Assembly (NCBI GenBank): GCA_018716115.1
Contig: DVKF01000005.1
Location: 397-64,396, forward strand
Source: Candidatus Alloscybalousia intestinigallinarum
GTDB lineage: Bacteria > Bacillota_I > Bacilli_A > RF39 > UBA660
DNA length: 64,000 nucleotides
Direction of reading: 5' to 3'
Made by a program: the position numbers and the translations under genes. Within the stretch, counting starts at the first letter, position 1. Every line of letters begins with the position of its first letter. A model generated the notes under the pieces. It was given only the letters and a program-made list of their open reading frames with translations, ran no database searches and had not been told where the DNA came from. This document shows positions 49,093 through 59,558 of this stretch, piece by piece.

Positions 49093-49902
49093 TCACCTTT
49101 TATCACTTGAAAAAAAGAAACTTGCTGTCATTTCTAGATAATTCTTTCCGCTATAATTAGGAAACTCTTGTTCCATCTTTTGAATAAAACTAGAGGCACC
49201 TTTACAATCACTAGCTATATTTAATAACGTTTCAATATAAGCAATTTTTGTATCAACCGCACTGATTTCTTCTGGAACATAATGCGAAGTCAGAATAAGA
49301 CGATAATCTTTCTCCATATATTCTTTTAACGTCGCAATGATTTGATTAGCATGGCTAGCTCCTGCAACAATTGAATGACAAGTACTTCCTAACATATGCG
49401 TATAAATACAATTGATCTCTGGAATTTCTATATCGTAAGCATCCGCAGTAGGAATAATATTCAAGCGAATACCACCTAATGTAAATTCTCCCTGATTAAT
49501 ATAATCGGTTATATGATGGATTTCACAATCGAACTTTTCACCAAAGGATTCTGTAAATTGATCAATTAAAGCTTTACCACCACCTACATGGCCATACTCA
49601 TCTGCGTGATGAGTCGCATATTTTCTCGCATCTTTCAAAAAAGTTCCACCACCCATATGATAAGCAAGTAGTACTCCATCAATCGTTACGTCTAACGAAC
49701 GAATATAAGCTTCTAACTCCTCATTATTATCGTAAAATGTTGGTGACTCGATAACAATTAATCGATGATTTTTTTCTAATAAGATGACTTGGTCATTTAA
49801 CTCATCATTAGTACAATAATTATGTAGTTTCATAGAACCAAAATCATATACAAATACATTTCCTTTTGTTAATGGAATCGTTTTCATCTTTTTATTTTTC
49901 AC
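49093..49902 (-). CDS. Hypothetical protein, possibly a metal-dependent hydrolase.
   Basis: The protein is 269 aa and His-rich (THHADEYGH, EIHHITD). It has no clean HxHxDH motif. Confidence 0.3.
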   Translation of the reverse strand: MKNKKMKTIPLTKGNVFVYDFGSMKLHNYCTNDELNDQVILLEKNHRLIVIESPTFYDNNEELEAYIRSLDVTIDGVLLAYHMGGGTFLKDARKYATHHADEYGHVGGGKALIDQFTESFGEKFDCEIHHITDYINQGEFTLGGIRLNIIPTADAYDIEIPEINCIYTHMLGSTCHSIVAGASHANQIIATLKEYMEKDYRLILTSHYVPEEISAVDTKIAYIETLLNIASDCKGASSFIQKMEQEFPNYSGKNYLEMTASFFFSSDKR

Positions 49903-50032
49903 TCCTTTGTTTTTTCAAAGAAGGTCGTGCACGTTTCTTTGATAAATTCATTGTATGACAAAAAGATTGTTTTTAAAAGAATGCACTTTTTTGTAAGATA
50001 CTTACCAATTGGTAGAAATTTAAAAATGACAT

Positions 50033-50064
50033 AGAAAAAAGATTGTATTTTTTTCACAATCTTT
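50033..50064 (-). terminator. Rho-independent terminator with a 9-bp stem AAAGATTGT/ACAATCTTT followed by a U-tract.
   Basis: A perfect inverted repeat with a 9-nt loop lies downstream of the membrane-protein operon. Confidence 0.55.
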
Positions 50065-50388
50065 ACGATTCACGCTCTACAAATTGTTCAACATGCAGAT
50101 AAAGATGATACTTCTTCTAAGAAAAGCAATCTCCCTCATCATTTCAGAATGATGTTAAATATCTAATGTCTCCTGATTTTTCCAAGGGTCGATTAATAAA
50201 ATGATTCTGGAATCATCCAGCAGAAAAAAAGTATTCATAACTCTCATTTTTCTCTTCGGCAAACTTCTTGGTACTTCCATTTTGTCCAGTCCAGTATAAT
50301 AGATATTAATAATCAAGCTCAAAATCATTTTCTCTATCATAAAATACAAATTTAACAATAAGAAAGAGTCCAAAAGCCACCAACACTA

Positions 50389-51276
50389 CTAGGATTCGAT
50401 CTTCGAAATGGAACGATTTGATTTTACAATCATATAAATTGCCATAATCGAATTGATGAGAACAATAGCGATTCCGACACTCCCTGTCATAATAGTTTTA
50501 AACGAAACGTCATCTCCGAATCGTTCAATCATCGCAACTTCCAAGGATAACATGGAAATCATCGCTACTGTCAAATTAATACACTTACTGGCTAAAATGA
50601 GTGGATGATTCGCTTTACGATATCGAAACGCATTATAAATGGCAACAATAATCAGATAAAAGTCATAAAGAGCAACTACATAGATAATAGAACCTGCATA
50701 CTCAATTGTTTGGTTACTATGCAAAATGAGAACGACCATTCTAGCAAAAACAACATTTAAAAATAAAGAAACAATGCCGCAACCCTTTAATTTACGATAT
50801 TCTAAAATTCCATCTTGATTCAATTCTTTTGTTCTGGCAAGCAAAGACACACGCATAAAACTAAGCAAAAAGTAGTAAACAGCAAACGTAAAAAACCAAT
50901 AAGAACGATAATAAATGCCAATAACCAAATTAAAAATAGCATAAGCAATATTAAAAAGTGTGGAAAAAGAAAGTGTGATTTTCATAATTTTAGATAAATT
51001 CTTTTCATAAAATTGATACAATTTAGTTTCTTTTACCCAATCCGTACTAAAACGACACGCTTGATAAAACCAAATACAGAACAATATCAAAGAATAAGTA
51101 GACAATAAATAACTAACATACGAAAGTGGTGTATCCTCTAAGTGACAAGCAAACACATAGATAAGTAACCCAAACCCCAAAAGAAACAAGAAAAATCCTA
51201 ACACTCGATTAGGAAAAAATAATTTATGAAGAAATTTTTTCATCTTACCAACTCCAACCGCAAAAAAGGAGAACAA
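50389..51276 (-). CDS. Polytopic membrane protein of unknown function.
   Basis: The protein is 295 aa with at least six hydrophobic helices. Confidence 0.55.
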   Translation of the reverse strand: MFSFFAVGVGKMKKFLHKLFFPNRVLGFFLFLLGFGLLIYVFACHLEDTPLSYVSYLLSTYSLILFCIWFYQACRFSTDWVKETKLYQFYEKNLSKIMKITLSFSTLFNIAYAIFNLVIGIYYRSYWFFTFAVYYFLLSFMRVSLLARTKELNQDGILEYRKLKGCGIVSLFLNVVFARMVVLILHSNQTIEYAGSIIYVVALYDFYLIIVAIYNAFRYRKANHPLILASKCINLTVAMISMLSLEVAMIERFGDDVSFKTIMTGSVGIAIVLINSIMAIYMIVKSNRSISKIES

Positions 51277-51290
51277 AGTCTCCTATCTAT

Positions 51291-51686
51291 TTACTCTTTA
51301 TTACTTTTTAAATAAGAATAGATTGGATAATCTAAAACACATATTAGTAATCCAATAACTCCCGCTATAATACCAACAAGCATATCAGCTTGACTTGGAT
51401 CAGTAACCATTACTCGACTCATTCCAAATCCCATCACTAAAGCTCCGATAATACCAACTATCCAAGCAATTACAATTCCCCAATTAATGGGAGCATGTTC
51501 CTTTTTAGGATGGGATTGACGATATACCGGTATAATACAAAGTAATACGATAAAACCAATAATGGCAACAACTACTCCAACCTGAAATAAATCCCATTCT
51601 GGTATTAAGCACATGCACATACCAATAGCAAATATTAATCCGCCAATTGTTCCTAAGATGATTTCCAATAACGTATCTTTTTTCAT
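51291..51686 (-). CDS. Small membrane protein.
   Basis: The protein is 131 aa with four hydrophobic segments. Confidence 0.55.
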   Translation of the reverse strand: MKKDTLLEIILGTIGGLIFAIGMCMCLIPEWDLFQVGVVVAIIGFIVLLCIIPVYRQSHPKKEHAPINWGIVIAWIVGIIGALVMGFGMSRVMVTDPSQADMLVGIIAGVIGLLICVLDYPIYSYLKSNKE

Positions 51687-51692
51687 TTTAAA

Positions 51693-51935
51693 TCACATCC
51701 TATTTCTTTTTTCACATTTTTCTTGTTGAAGGCGCTTTTTCGCATCTTCTACTGTTTCGCCATCTTTTGTTAAAAATTGATCAACAAATTTATCCTCAAT
51801 TTTCTTATAACCATCGACAACACCGTTTTCAATTTTCTTATATCCACCAACGACGGTATCTTCGATTTTTTGATATCCTTCCACAACTGCATGTTCAATT
51901 TTTTTATTTGCTTCTACTAACTTTGATTTTGCCAT
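51693..51935 (-). CDS. Small repeat protein with four copies of a VVxGYxKIE unit.
   Basis: The unit is repeated in tandem: HAVVEGYQKIEDTVVGGYKKIENGVVDGYKKIEDKFVDQF. Confidence 0.45.
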   Translation of the reverse strand: MAKSKLVEANKKIEHAVVEGYQKIEDTVVGGYKKIENGVVDGYKKIEDKFVDQFLTKDGETVEDAKKRLQQEKCEKRNRM

Positions 51936-52052
51936 AATTTTCTCCTTTCATTTAAACAACACTTGTTTGTTTAATACATTTTTAGTATAATTAATCATAA
52001 TTTCAAAAACAACCATCAATTTAACAACATTTGTTGGAATAAAGGAGATTAC

Positions 52053-52586
52053 ATGAACACACCTAACAATAAAAGAAGAAAAAATTCACAAGAAAAAATA
52101 GAGAGAACATTCGTTCACTTCTTACAAACTAGAGAAATCAACGAAATCTCAGTAACAGATATCTGTAAAGAAGCACATCTAAATCGTTCCACATTTTACG
52201 CTAACTACTTAGATGTATACGATTTAGCCGATAAAATCGTTAAAAAAATTGAAGAAGATGTATCCTATCTTTACCAGGAAGAACGTGAAACCAAAAATAA
52301 TTCTAATGACTTTTTAAAACTATTTCGCCACATCAAAGAAAATCAAATCTTTTATAAAACTTATTTCAAACTTAATCAAGATAAACATTTTATCATTCGA
52401 GAATATGATACCAACCTATCAAAAATCATGTATGATGACCAATTTATCGACTACCATATTGAGTTTTTTATGGCAGGTTTAAACGCTATCGTTAAAAAAT
52501 GGCTTAATAACGGTTGTAAAGAAAGTCCTGAAGAAATCGATCAAATATTAAAAGAAGAATATAAAAATAAAACTACCAATAAATAA
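52053..52586 (+). CDS. TetR family transcriptional regulator.
   Basis: The N-terminal HTH is ISVTDICKEAHLNRSTFYANY. Confidence 0.8.
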   Translation: MNTPNNKRRKNSQEKIERTFVHFLQTREINEISVTDICKEAHLNRSTFYANYLDVYDLADKIVKKIEEDVSYLYQEERETKNNSNDFLKLFRHIKENQIFYKTYFKLNQDKHFIIREYDTNLSKIMYDDQFIDYHIEFFMAGLNAIVKKWLNNGCKESPEEIDQILKEEYKNKTTNK

Positions 52587-52643
52587 AATATTTATAATTA
52601 TCATCAAGCATAAACAACACACAACATATTTCGATACAAAAAA

Positions 52644-52682
52644 AGCAACTAAAACATGTAATAGTGGTTGCTTCTTTTTTTA
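52644..52682 (+). terminator. Terminator after the TetR gene, with stem AAGCAAC/GTTGCTT followed by T9.
   Basis: An inverted repeat and a T-run were read. Confidence 0.6.
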
Positions 52683-52909
52683 AACATTTAAAAATAACTA
52701 TGATTTATCTAATAAATAACTTTTTACTATTTTGTATCTTCTTTATTCAATTCTAACTACTATCCGTCTATACTATTTTTGATATAACGATTAAGATCCC
52801 AATTTCTAAAAAAAATAACTTTAGTATCTAATTTCAATCATACAAAATATCATTCAACCAAAGAATAAATAAACGAACAAAAGAAAAATTAAATTCCATA
52901 TTTGATGTT

Positions 52910-53563
52910 TTATACAAGAGAACTACGATGATAATCCGTAACATCACTTCCTAATTTTTGATATAATTCCTTTACTGTTAACTGCTTATTCATAATAGCT
53001 TGCAACTCATCATTAGTGACACCAATTAATTCTACAAAATGTAGCTTTCCATTAGGCGTATCAATTTCTTGAAATTCAGGATCAGGGATAGTAATAAATC
53101 CAGTAATATTAGAACGCATCTTCGTATCAATTCCTTCCGTTTGACCACTATATAGATACTCATACGGATTAAAAATTTCACCTTTAGTAAAGGTTAAGCG
53201 AGCAATCATTTGTAAAATGCCACAAATACCCATAATTTCTGCCTCGGTATCCTCATAGTTATCTTTCTTTAATTTAAAAGTAAATTCCATCCCATAGCCA
53301 CTAATTTCAGGATTTTTACTTTCTTTACCATATAGTTCTGACAAACCGTATGTGACAAAATGCCAATAATCTTGTCCTTCATAAACACTAATACCATCTA
53401 ATGGATCATTTCCTCCTAATCGCCATCTAATAATGGTGCCATAGTGTTTAGGATTTTTCTGATCAGGATATACACGATTGCACTCCTTTGTTATCGCATC
53501 CCATCCTAAAAATTGATCTTCTTCTGATCCAAGGGATTCATTATTTTTCTCTATCTCTTTCAT
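52910..53563 (-). CDS. SUFU (suppressor-of-fused)-like domain protein.
   Basis: The pattern HYGTIIRWRLGGNDPLDGISVYEGQDYWHFVTYGLSELY fits the SUFU fold family as recalled. Bacterial members are predicted immunity proteins. Confidence 0.5.
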   Translation of the reverse strand: MKEIEKNNESLGSEEDQFLGWDAITKECNRVYPDQKNPKHYGTIIRWRLGGNDPLDGISVYEGQDYWHFVTYGLSELYGKESKNPEISGYGMEFTFKLKKDNYEDTEAEIMGICGILQMIARLTFTKGEIFNPYEYLYSGQTEGIDTKMRSNITGFITIPDPEFQEIDTPNGKLHFVELIGVTNDELQAIMNKQLTVKELYQKLGSDVTDYHRSSLV

Positions 53564-53703
53564 TTTCTATTTTTCCTTTCCATTTTTCTTTAAAATCTTC
53601 TACTGCGCACCGTTATTAACTCTATGTCTCATTAAAATAAAATCTATACCTGACATTCTTTAACATAAACTTTAGCCAAATTCTTCATTCTTCATAAAAG
53701 CAA

Positions 53704-55881
53704 CTAATCTAATTGTTCATAATTTTGTGTAAAACGGATAGCAACAAAATTATCTGCAGTATTCCAAGAATAGCCTATATTATCAGTTCCAGTTACCGTT
53801 GGCGCATACTCAAAGCCATATGAACCAAAAAGATTTTTTCGTAACGTAATATAAGTATTACCATTTTGCCCATCAGCAATATAATATGGATTATACGGAT
53901 AGTTATTATCATATACATATAATCTATACTCATTGCCAACCTGATCCATTTTTTGAATAGCATAAGCATTTATATCGTGACCATGATAAAGTTTATCACC
54001 ATCATAAGCAAGTTTAATTAAGGTTACTGTTACAATCTTTCCACTATCAAAGATATTAGACAACTTTTGAATCATATTTGAAGATACTGTATCGTCACCT
54101 AAGCTAAACACACCTAACACACCTGGTATTTTTTTAAACGGTTCCCAGATACTACCAGTTTCATGATTAGAAATTAAATAAGCTGTGTTGATTTCAGATA
54201 ACATTTCGTAATCTAACTGACTAGTTAATTGATTAAAGTCTAAAATTCTAGTCGCTTCTTTATCGTCTGGTCCTAATGGAGCTCTTAATGGCGTATAATT
54301 CAATTTAAAATCATAAAGATTACGATTAGCAATCAAACTTCTAAAATTATCTTTCGCTAAATGATGCCCATAGACTAACTCTCCATTACTATTAGTCGTT
54401 AAGTGCATTGCACCATTATAAATCTGTTCAGCTACAGCCGCCATACCAGCACAATTACCATGTCCGCTATAAGAAAAATTTCTAAAAGAAAAGCCATTTT
54501 CATTTTGTCTAAATCCCGAATCATGTACTTCAATTGCCTCTTCATCAGGTCCTAATGGATAAACATTATTTAATTCAACATAATTATTTTCATAAAGGCA
54601 TGGATGAGATACTCTTTCATAATAGGCTTCGCCACTATCCTTATATTTTAACTCTCCCATCTCTTCTTTGTCACTTTTACCGTCACCATCAGTATCTGCG
54701 AGATATGGATTAGTTACAATTAAATTACCATACTGATCTCTCATACCAGCTGTTTCTATTCCATCAGGAATTCCATCACCGTCAGTATCAATTTCTCCAT
54801 CAACGCCGACAACAGAATTGGTAATTTCTTCAAATATATTGGCAAGTTCAGAACTATTGATTTCATAAAAACTGCCTGATGTTCCCTCAGCAACCGCTTT
54901 AATCGCATCAAAATTTAAAGATTCGTCTCCTAACCCGATCCCAAAAATAATAATATCTTCTCGTGATGCTTCTCGGATTAAGCTTTCTTTTTCTCTATTT
55001 AAATTAGAATCTACACCATCCGTTAATAAAATGATTATTTTTTGCGCTTCTGAATCACTATTTTCTTCTTTTAATAAAGTAATTCCCTCTTCTACCGCCC
55101 AAACAATATTGGTACCACCACTGCTTTTAAATGCTTCTAATGCGTCACTAGCTAAAGTTTTATCTAAAGTAAAATCTTGAATCACTGTTGCCGAAGAAGA
55201 AAATTTTATAATAGAATACTTATCTTTATCACCAAGCGACGTAATGGCATTTAATGTAGAAGATAACCGCTTATCCGTCTGATCATTTTGCCCCATAGAA
55301 CCAGAATCATCAACGACAAAAGCTACATTAAAAGTAGTATTTTCTTCTCTAATCTTAGCCATGTCTTTTTCCCAGATCTCATCCCACATCGCACCATCAC
55401 CTAGGGTATATTCACTAAAATGATCCGTAGTCATTGTCACTGTAGACTTCTTGGTATTTACCTTCGAAGGCATCTTAACCACTTCGTTATTTTCCTCATC
55501 ATACCAGAAAATAGATAAATCTTCTTCATTAGTTCCTTCTGGAAGTTTGTCTTTATCATACTTTATCGTTATTGTAGCTTTATCTAATTGAGTATTACTA
55601 AAATTTCCAGAAATATCAAACGAACTTCCCACCTTAGCCGCAACATCATTAATATTAGCTTCTTTATCATCTAAATTTGTAATTTTTACTTTAGAGAGAG
55701 GATTTCCAAAAACCTTATAATCCACCGATATATGCTCAACAACTCCGTTTTCACTCTCAAATTTCGCCGTTACACTTTTTTCAGAATTACCTCCTAGAAA
55801 AGTAAAATAAAAGAAAAGAAAATTCAAAACAACAAGTACTGACAAAATAATATTAATATTCTTCCTAATAAAACGTTTCAT
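53704..55881 (-). CDS. Secreted or membrane-anchored von Willebrand factor A domain protein with DxDGDG Ca-binding repeats (thrombospondin-type-3-like).
   Basis: The MIDAS motif is VVDDSGSMG. The segment DTDGDGIPDG...DTDGDGKSD was read. An N-terminal TM segment is present. Confidence 0.7.
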   Translation of the reverse strand: MKRFIRKNINIILSVLVVLNFLFFYFTFLGGNSEKSVTAKFESENGVVEHISVDYKVFGNPLSKVKITNLDDKEANINDVAAKVGSSFDISGNFSNTQLDKATITIKYDKDKLPEGTNEEDLSIFWYDEENNEVVKMPSKVNTKKSTVTMTTDHFSEYTLGDGAMWDEIWEKDMAKIREENTTFNVAFVVDDSGSMGQNDQTDKRLSSTLNAITSLGDKDKYSIIKFSSSATVIQDFTLDKTLASDALEAFKSSGGTNIVWAVEEGITLLKEENSDSEAQKIIILLTDGVDSNLNREKESLIREASREDIIIFGIGLGDESLNFDAIKAVAEGTSGSFYEINSSELANIFEEITNSVVGVDGEIDTDGDGIPDGIETAGMRDQYGNLIVTNPYLADTDGDGKSDKEEMGELKYKDSGEAYYERVSHPCLYENNYVELNNVYPLGPDEEAIEVHDSGFRQNENGFSFRNFSYSGHGNCAGMAAVAEQIYNGAMHLTTNSNGELVYGHHLAKDNFRSLIANRNLYDFKLNYTPLRAPLGPDDKEATRILDFNQLTSQLDYEMLSEINTAYLISNHETGSIWEPFKKIPGVLGVFSLGDDTVSSNMIQKLSNIFDSGKIVTVTLIKLAYDGDKLYHGHDINAYAIQKMDQVGNEYRLYVYDNNYPYNPYYIADGQNGNTYITLRKNLFGSYGFEYAPTVTGTDNIGYSWNTADNFVAIRFTQNYEQLD

Positions 55882-56786
55882 TAATCTTCAACTCCTTGTT
55901 CAGTATATTGTTGATAATTAGATTTAGTCGTAATGACAAAATTCTTTGCCCAGTCTTCATCACTTTGAATATCAATAGTAAGAACACCATTCTTTAAATC
56001 GTAACGATCAAATTCTTGATATTTACCATTATATTCAACTAGTAATATAGCATTCTTTTCTTCTACTTTATACTCAATTTTTCCAATAAAAGAATAAACA
56101 CTAAAAGTTCGTTCGATGGCACCTACTCTAGTATCTTTCGAATACTCCTTAAAAGTTCCATCTATCTCTGAAGCTAAATCAGAAGGTATCAATTTCACGG
56201 TTGATTTTACCGTTTTTGTTTCAAACTGCATATCTTTTTCCGAATAAACACTATGGATATCTAACCCTTTTTTTACTTTCAAATAGTCAGAAATATCATC
56301 ACCTGAAGTAGAATATTTTAACGGATCCGAATGATAAATATTCACTTCTTCTCCATCCGTCAACCCATCTCCATCAGTATCCTTAAAAATTGGATTTGTT
56401 CCAAGCTCAAGTTCTTGAGAAGTACTTAAACCATCATCATCTAAATCCTGTTGTTTCTCTTCATCTGTAAATTCTAAATCCCCACTATATGTTTCTACAA
56501 TTGGTTCATCGTCTTCTGTCGCATATTGAGGCTCAACTTTCTTACTTTCTTCTTTATCTTGATAACGATTAAAATTTCTAACAGAAAAAAACATACTTGT
56601 TCCCATAACCGCTCCTACCCCGATCACAAAAACAATTATCAATACTAAAGAAATTCTAAATTTCAATCGATATTTTTTCTCGTCCTGCTTCTTCTGATTC
56701 TCCTCAATATACTCCGTTAAAAGTGCCCCACAATGACCACAAAATTTAACTGCTTCTGTCTCATGTTTACATTTTGGACAAATCAT
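55881..56786 (-). CDS. Zinc-ribbon membrane protein with TSP3-like DxDxDG repeats.
   Basis: MICPKCKHETEAVKFCGHCG is followed by a TM segment and then DDDGLSTSQELELGTNPIFKDTDGDGLTDGEE. The stop overlaps the vWA gene start. Confidence 0.65.
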   Translation of the reverse strand: MICPKCKHETEAVKFCGHCGALLTEYIEENQKKQDEKKYRLKFRISLVLIIVFVIGVGAVMGTSMFFSVRNFNRYQDKEESKKVEPQYATEDDEPIVETYSGDLEFTDEEKQQDLDDDGLSTSQELELGTNPIFKDTDGDGLTDGEEVNIYHSDPLKYSTSGDDISDYLKVKKGLDIHSVYSEKDMQFETKTVKSTVKLIPSDLASEIDGTFKEYSKDTRVGAIERTFSVYSFIGKIEYKVEEKNAILLVEYNGKYQEFDRYDLKNGVLTIDIQSDEDWAKNFVITTKSNYQQYTEQGVED

Positions 56787-57244
56787 ACCTTTTCCTTCTT
56801 TCCTCTAACCTTTACCCCAATAATACTGTACTAAATTATTGGCAATATGTTCCTTGATAAAATCATAAAGATAAATAAAAGTAAATCCTTATTTTTTATC
56901 TCTATACAAAATTACTACTTGACTACAGTCTTTCAAAACAAAATATATTGAGAATAATTCGCTCAATTAAAATGAACTTTTCTATTGCCAATTCTCCAAA
57001 TATAAAACAGCAATAATCCAAAACTAATCCAGTAACAATTTTCAATAAAAAACAATTCTTACTTACCTTTACCCTAATTCTAGCAAATCAAATTTAACTC
57101 CTACAAGAAAACTTTCTAACCATTTCTATATACAACTATCTATCGGGATTATATATACTATTATACCAAACATCTCTTCATTATTCTCAAAAATTGGAAA
57201 ATCTTTCCACAAAAAAATTCTGACTATTAAAGTCAAAACAATTC

Positions 57245-57952
57245 CTATCTTAAATCAACTATTTTATCGACTAAAAAATCAATATCTATAACATATCTCT
57301 TTATATTTTTTCTATCTAAATACACAAAAAAAGTAGTAATCTTGTTTTCTTGAATCAAATTTACTGGATCAAACCATAAATTCTTACTTTTAAATATATA
57401 TTTTTTATGATCTATTGGGTTATCCCACTCACAAATAATATTATATGGGTGTCTACCATTTAACCGATACCCTCTATTAAGTACAGTTTCTAAATATCTA
57501 GCTTCCACCTTTTCTCCATAAGTTTTTAATTTGTTTTCTCTTTTCTTTTGATATTTTTTTATCCAAATTCCTACTCCGCCAATGATTAGAAAGAGCAACC
57601 CAAAGCCTGGAAATAACAAAACTAAAAGATCTAGCGACTTTACCCCAATTTTATTCGGATTTTTCTCATCATAATAAATTGGTATTTCGCTACCCTCATA
57701 AAAACTAGAAGAATAACTATTCAACTCTGATTCATACTCCTTATCTCCTACACGATAAGAAACATAAACATGATAATCAGTATCACCAGAATAACTATGA
57801 TAGGGAATAATTTCTGTAATAACACCTGTTGTTTCTATTTTGTGATCATAGCGAAAAACTGGTAAACAAATTACTGTTCCTAATAAAATAAATAATACGC
57901 CAAGCCCCATAAAGACAAGCCAAACTAAATTTTCTAATTTATTACTTTTCAA
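57245..57952 (-). CDS. Membrane protein (DUF3592-like).
   Basis: Two TM segments flank a beta-rich segment. Confidence 0.45.
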   Translation of the reverse strand: MKSNKLENLVWLVFMGLGVLFILLGTVICLPVFRYDHKIETTGVITEIIPYHSYSGDTDYHVYVSYRVGDKEYESELNSYSSSFYEGSEIPIYYDEKNPNKIGVKSLDLLVLLFPGFGLLFLIIGGVGIWIKKYQKKRENKLKTYGEKVEARYLETVLNRGYRLNGRHPYNIICEWDNPIDHKKYIFKSKNLWFDPVNLIQENKITTFFVYLDRKNIKRYVIDIDFLVDKIVDLR

Positions 57953-57986
57953 TGTATTTCCCCACTTAACTTAAAATTCAAATCAA

Positions 57987-59303
57987 TTAAAGACTATTCT
58001 TATATGTCTCAATTTTTTGTAATATATCAGCAAACTGTTTTTCATGACCACTACTTGTTGGCCGATAATATTTCTTATTTTTTAAACTGTCTGGAAGACA
58101 TTGCATGGCCGTAATTTTATTTTCATAATCATGAGCATATTGATATCCCTTACCATTACCCAATTCACTATCCAACTTAGTTACTGCGTTTCTCAAATGA
58201 AGAGGAACTTTCTCCTGCATTGTATTTCTAGCATCTTCTGCTGCATCTGTATATGCGGTATACAAAGAATTCGATTTAGGACTTAGACTCAAATAGACAA
58301 CTACTTGCGCAAGATTCACATTACACTCCGGCATTCCGTTATAATGACAAGCACTATAAGCACTAGTTGCCTGAAGCAAAGCATTAGGATTCGCTAAACC
58401 AATATCTTCTGAAGCAAAACGAATTAATCTCCTAGCAACATATAATGGATCTTCTCCTGCTTCTAGCATCCGCGCTAAATAATAAAGAGCCGCATCAGGA
58501 TCACTATTTCGCATCGATTTATGAAGGGCAGAAATCAAATTATAATGTTCTTCGCCCTTTTTATCATACAAAAACACCTTGCTTTGCAAAGAATGTTCTA
58601 AAGTCTCTTTAGTAATTATTTTCTTATTCTTCTTGACCGGTGTAATATTAATCACGTTTTCTAACGTATTTAATGCCGTTCTCGCATCCCCATGACTAAC
58701 ATCCGCAATAATTTCTAAACACTCATCATCAATTTGAACCCTTTTATATTCATAGGTTTCTTTTAACGCCCGTTGCAATATCTGAAAAATATCTTGCTTA
58801 GATAAACTCTTTAATACATAAACTTTAGTACGAGATAATAAAGCAGAATTCACTTCAAAAGAAGGATTCTCAGTAGTAGCCCCAATTAAAATAATATTAC
58901 CATTTTCTACATGGGGTAAAAAAGCATCTTGTTGACTTTTATTAAAGCGATGAATTTCATCAACAAAAACAATTGTCTTTTTTCCGTTAGCTTTATTAAA
59001 TTTAGCAATCTCAATTAATTCTTTAATTTCTTTAACTCCTGCAGTTACTGCGGAAAGTTCATAAAATAAAGAATTCGTCTGTCTCGCAATGATTTTAGCT
59101 AAAGTCGTCTTTCCAACCCCAGGTGGTCCCCAAAATATCATTGAAGTAATTGCATCATTCTCAATCATTTTCCGAATTGGAGAATCTTCACCAACAATTT
59201 CCTCTTGACCAAAAAATTGATCCAAAGTAGTTGGTCTCATCTTTTCAGCTAATGGTTTAAACTCATAATGTTCATCTGAATCTGAATCAAACAAATTATT
59301 CAT
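57987..59303 (-). CDS. rarA: Replication-associated recombination protein A (AAA+).
   Basis: Motifs read are [15 protein letters not shown] and [24 protein letters not shown]. The protein is full length (438 aa). Confidence 0.9.
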   Translation of the reverse strand: MNNLFDSDSDEHYEFKPLAEKMRPTTLDQFFGQEEIVGEDSPIRKMIENDAITSMIFWGPPGVGKTTLAKIIARQTNSLFYELSAVTAGVKEIKELIEIAKFNKANGKKTIVFVDEIHRFNKSQQDAFLPHVENGNIILIGATTENPSFEVNSALLSRTKVYVLKSLSKQDIFQILQRALKETYEYKRVQIDDECLEIIADVSHGDARTALNTLENVINITPVKKNKKIITKETLEHSLQSKVFLYDKKGEEHYNLISALHKSMRNSDPDAALYYLARMLEAGEDPLYVARRLIRFASEDIGLANPNALLQATSAYSACHYNGMPECNVNLAQVVVYLSLSPKSNSLYTAYTDAAEDARNTMQEKVPLHLRNAVTKLDSELGNGKGYQYAHDYENKITAMQCLPDSLKNKKYYRPTSSGHEKQFADILQKIETYKNSL

Positions 59304-59558
59304 ATTATCACCTACTGTTCAAACTTTTATTTATAGTATACCACAAGAAAAAAAGAAAGACTATTAACCGTAAAACAATTGAATGAATAACTCTGACATA
59401 CCTTTAAAACAAAAGTAAATATTTACAGCATTTCTAATAAAATTAATTAAACAAAAAACAGAGTCTTTCGACTCCCTTAAAAAATATATTTAAAAAAGAC
59501 AAATCAAAAATTTATGATATAACTTCTATAATAAAATTATATTCAGATAACTTTATTT

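Noticed and set aside
50155-50373. A 72-aa minus-strand ORF between the terminator and the membrane-protein gene.
   Set aside because: It has no convincing RBS or motifs. It is possibly a small protein, but there is not enough support to call it.
50815-50997. A 60-aa plus-strand ORF.
   Set aside because: It is antisense in the membrane-protein gene. Its K/R-rich translation reflects the A-rich antisense strand.
58101-58286. A 61-aa plus-strand ORF.
   Set aside because: It is antisense within rarA.
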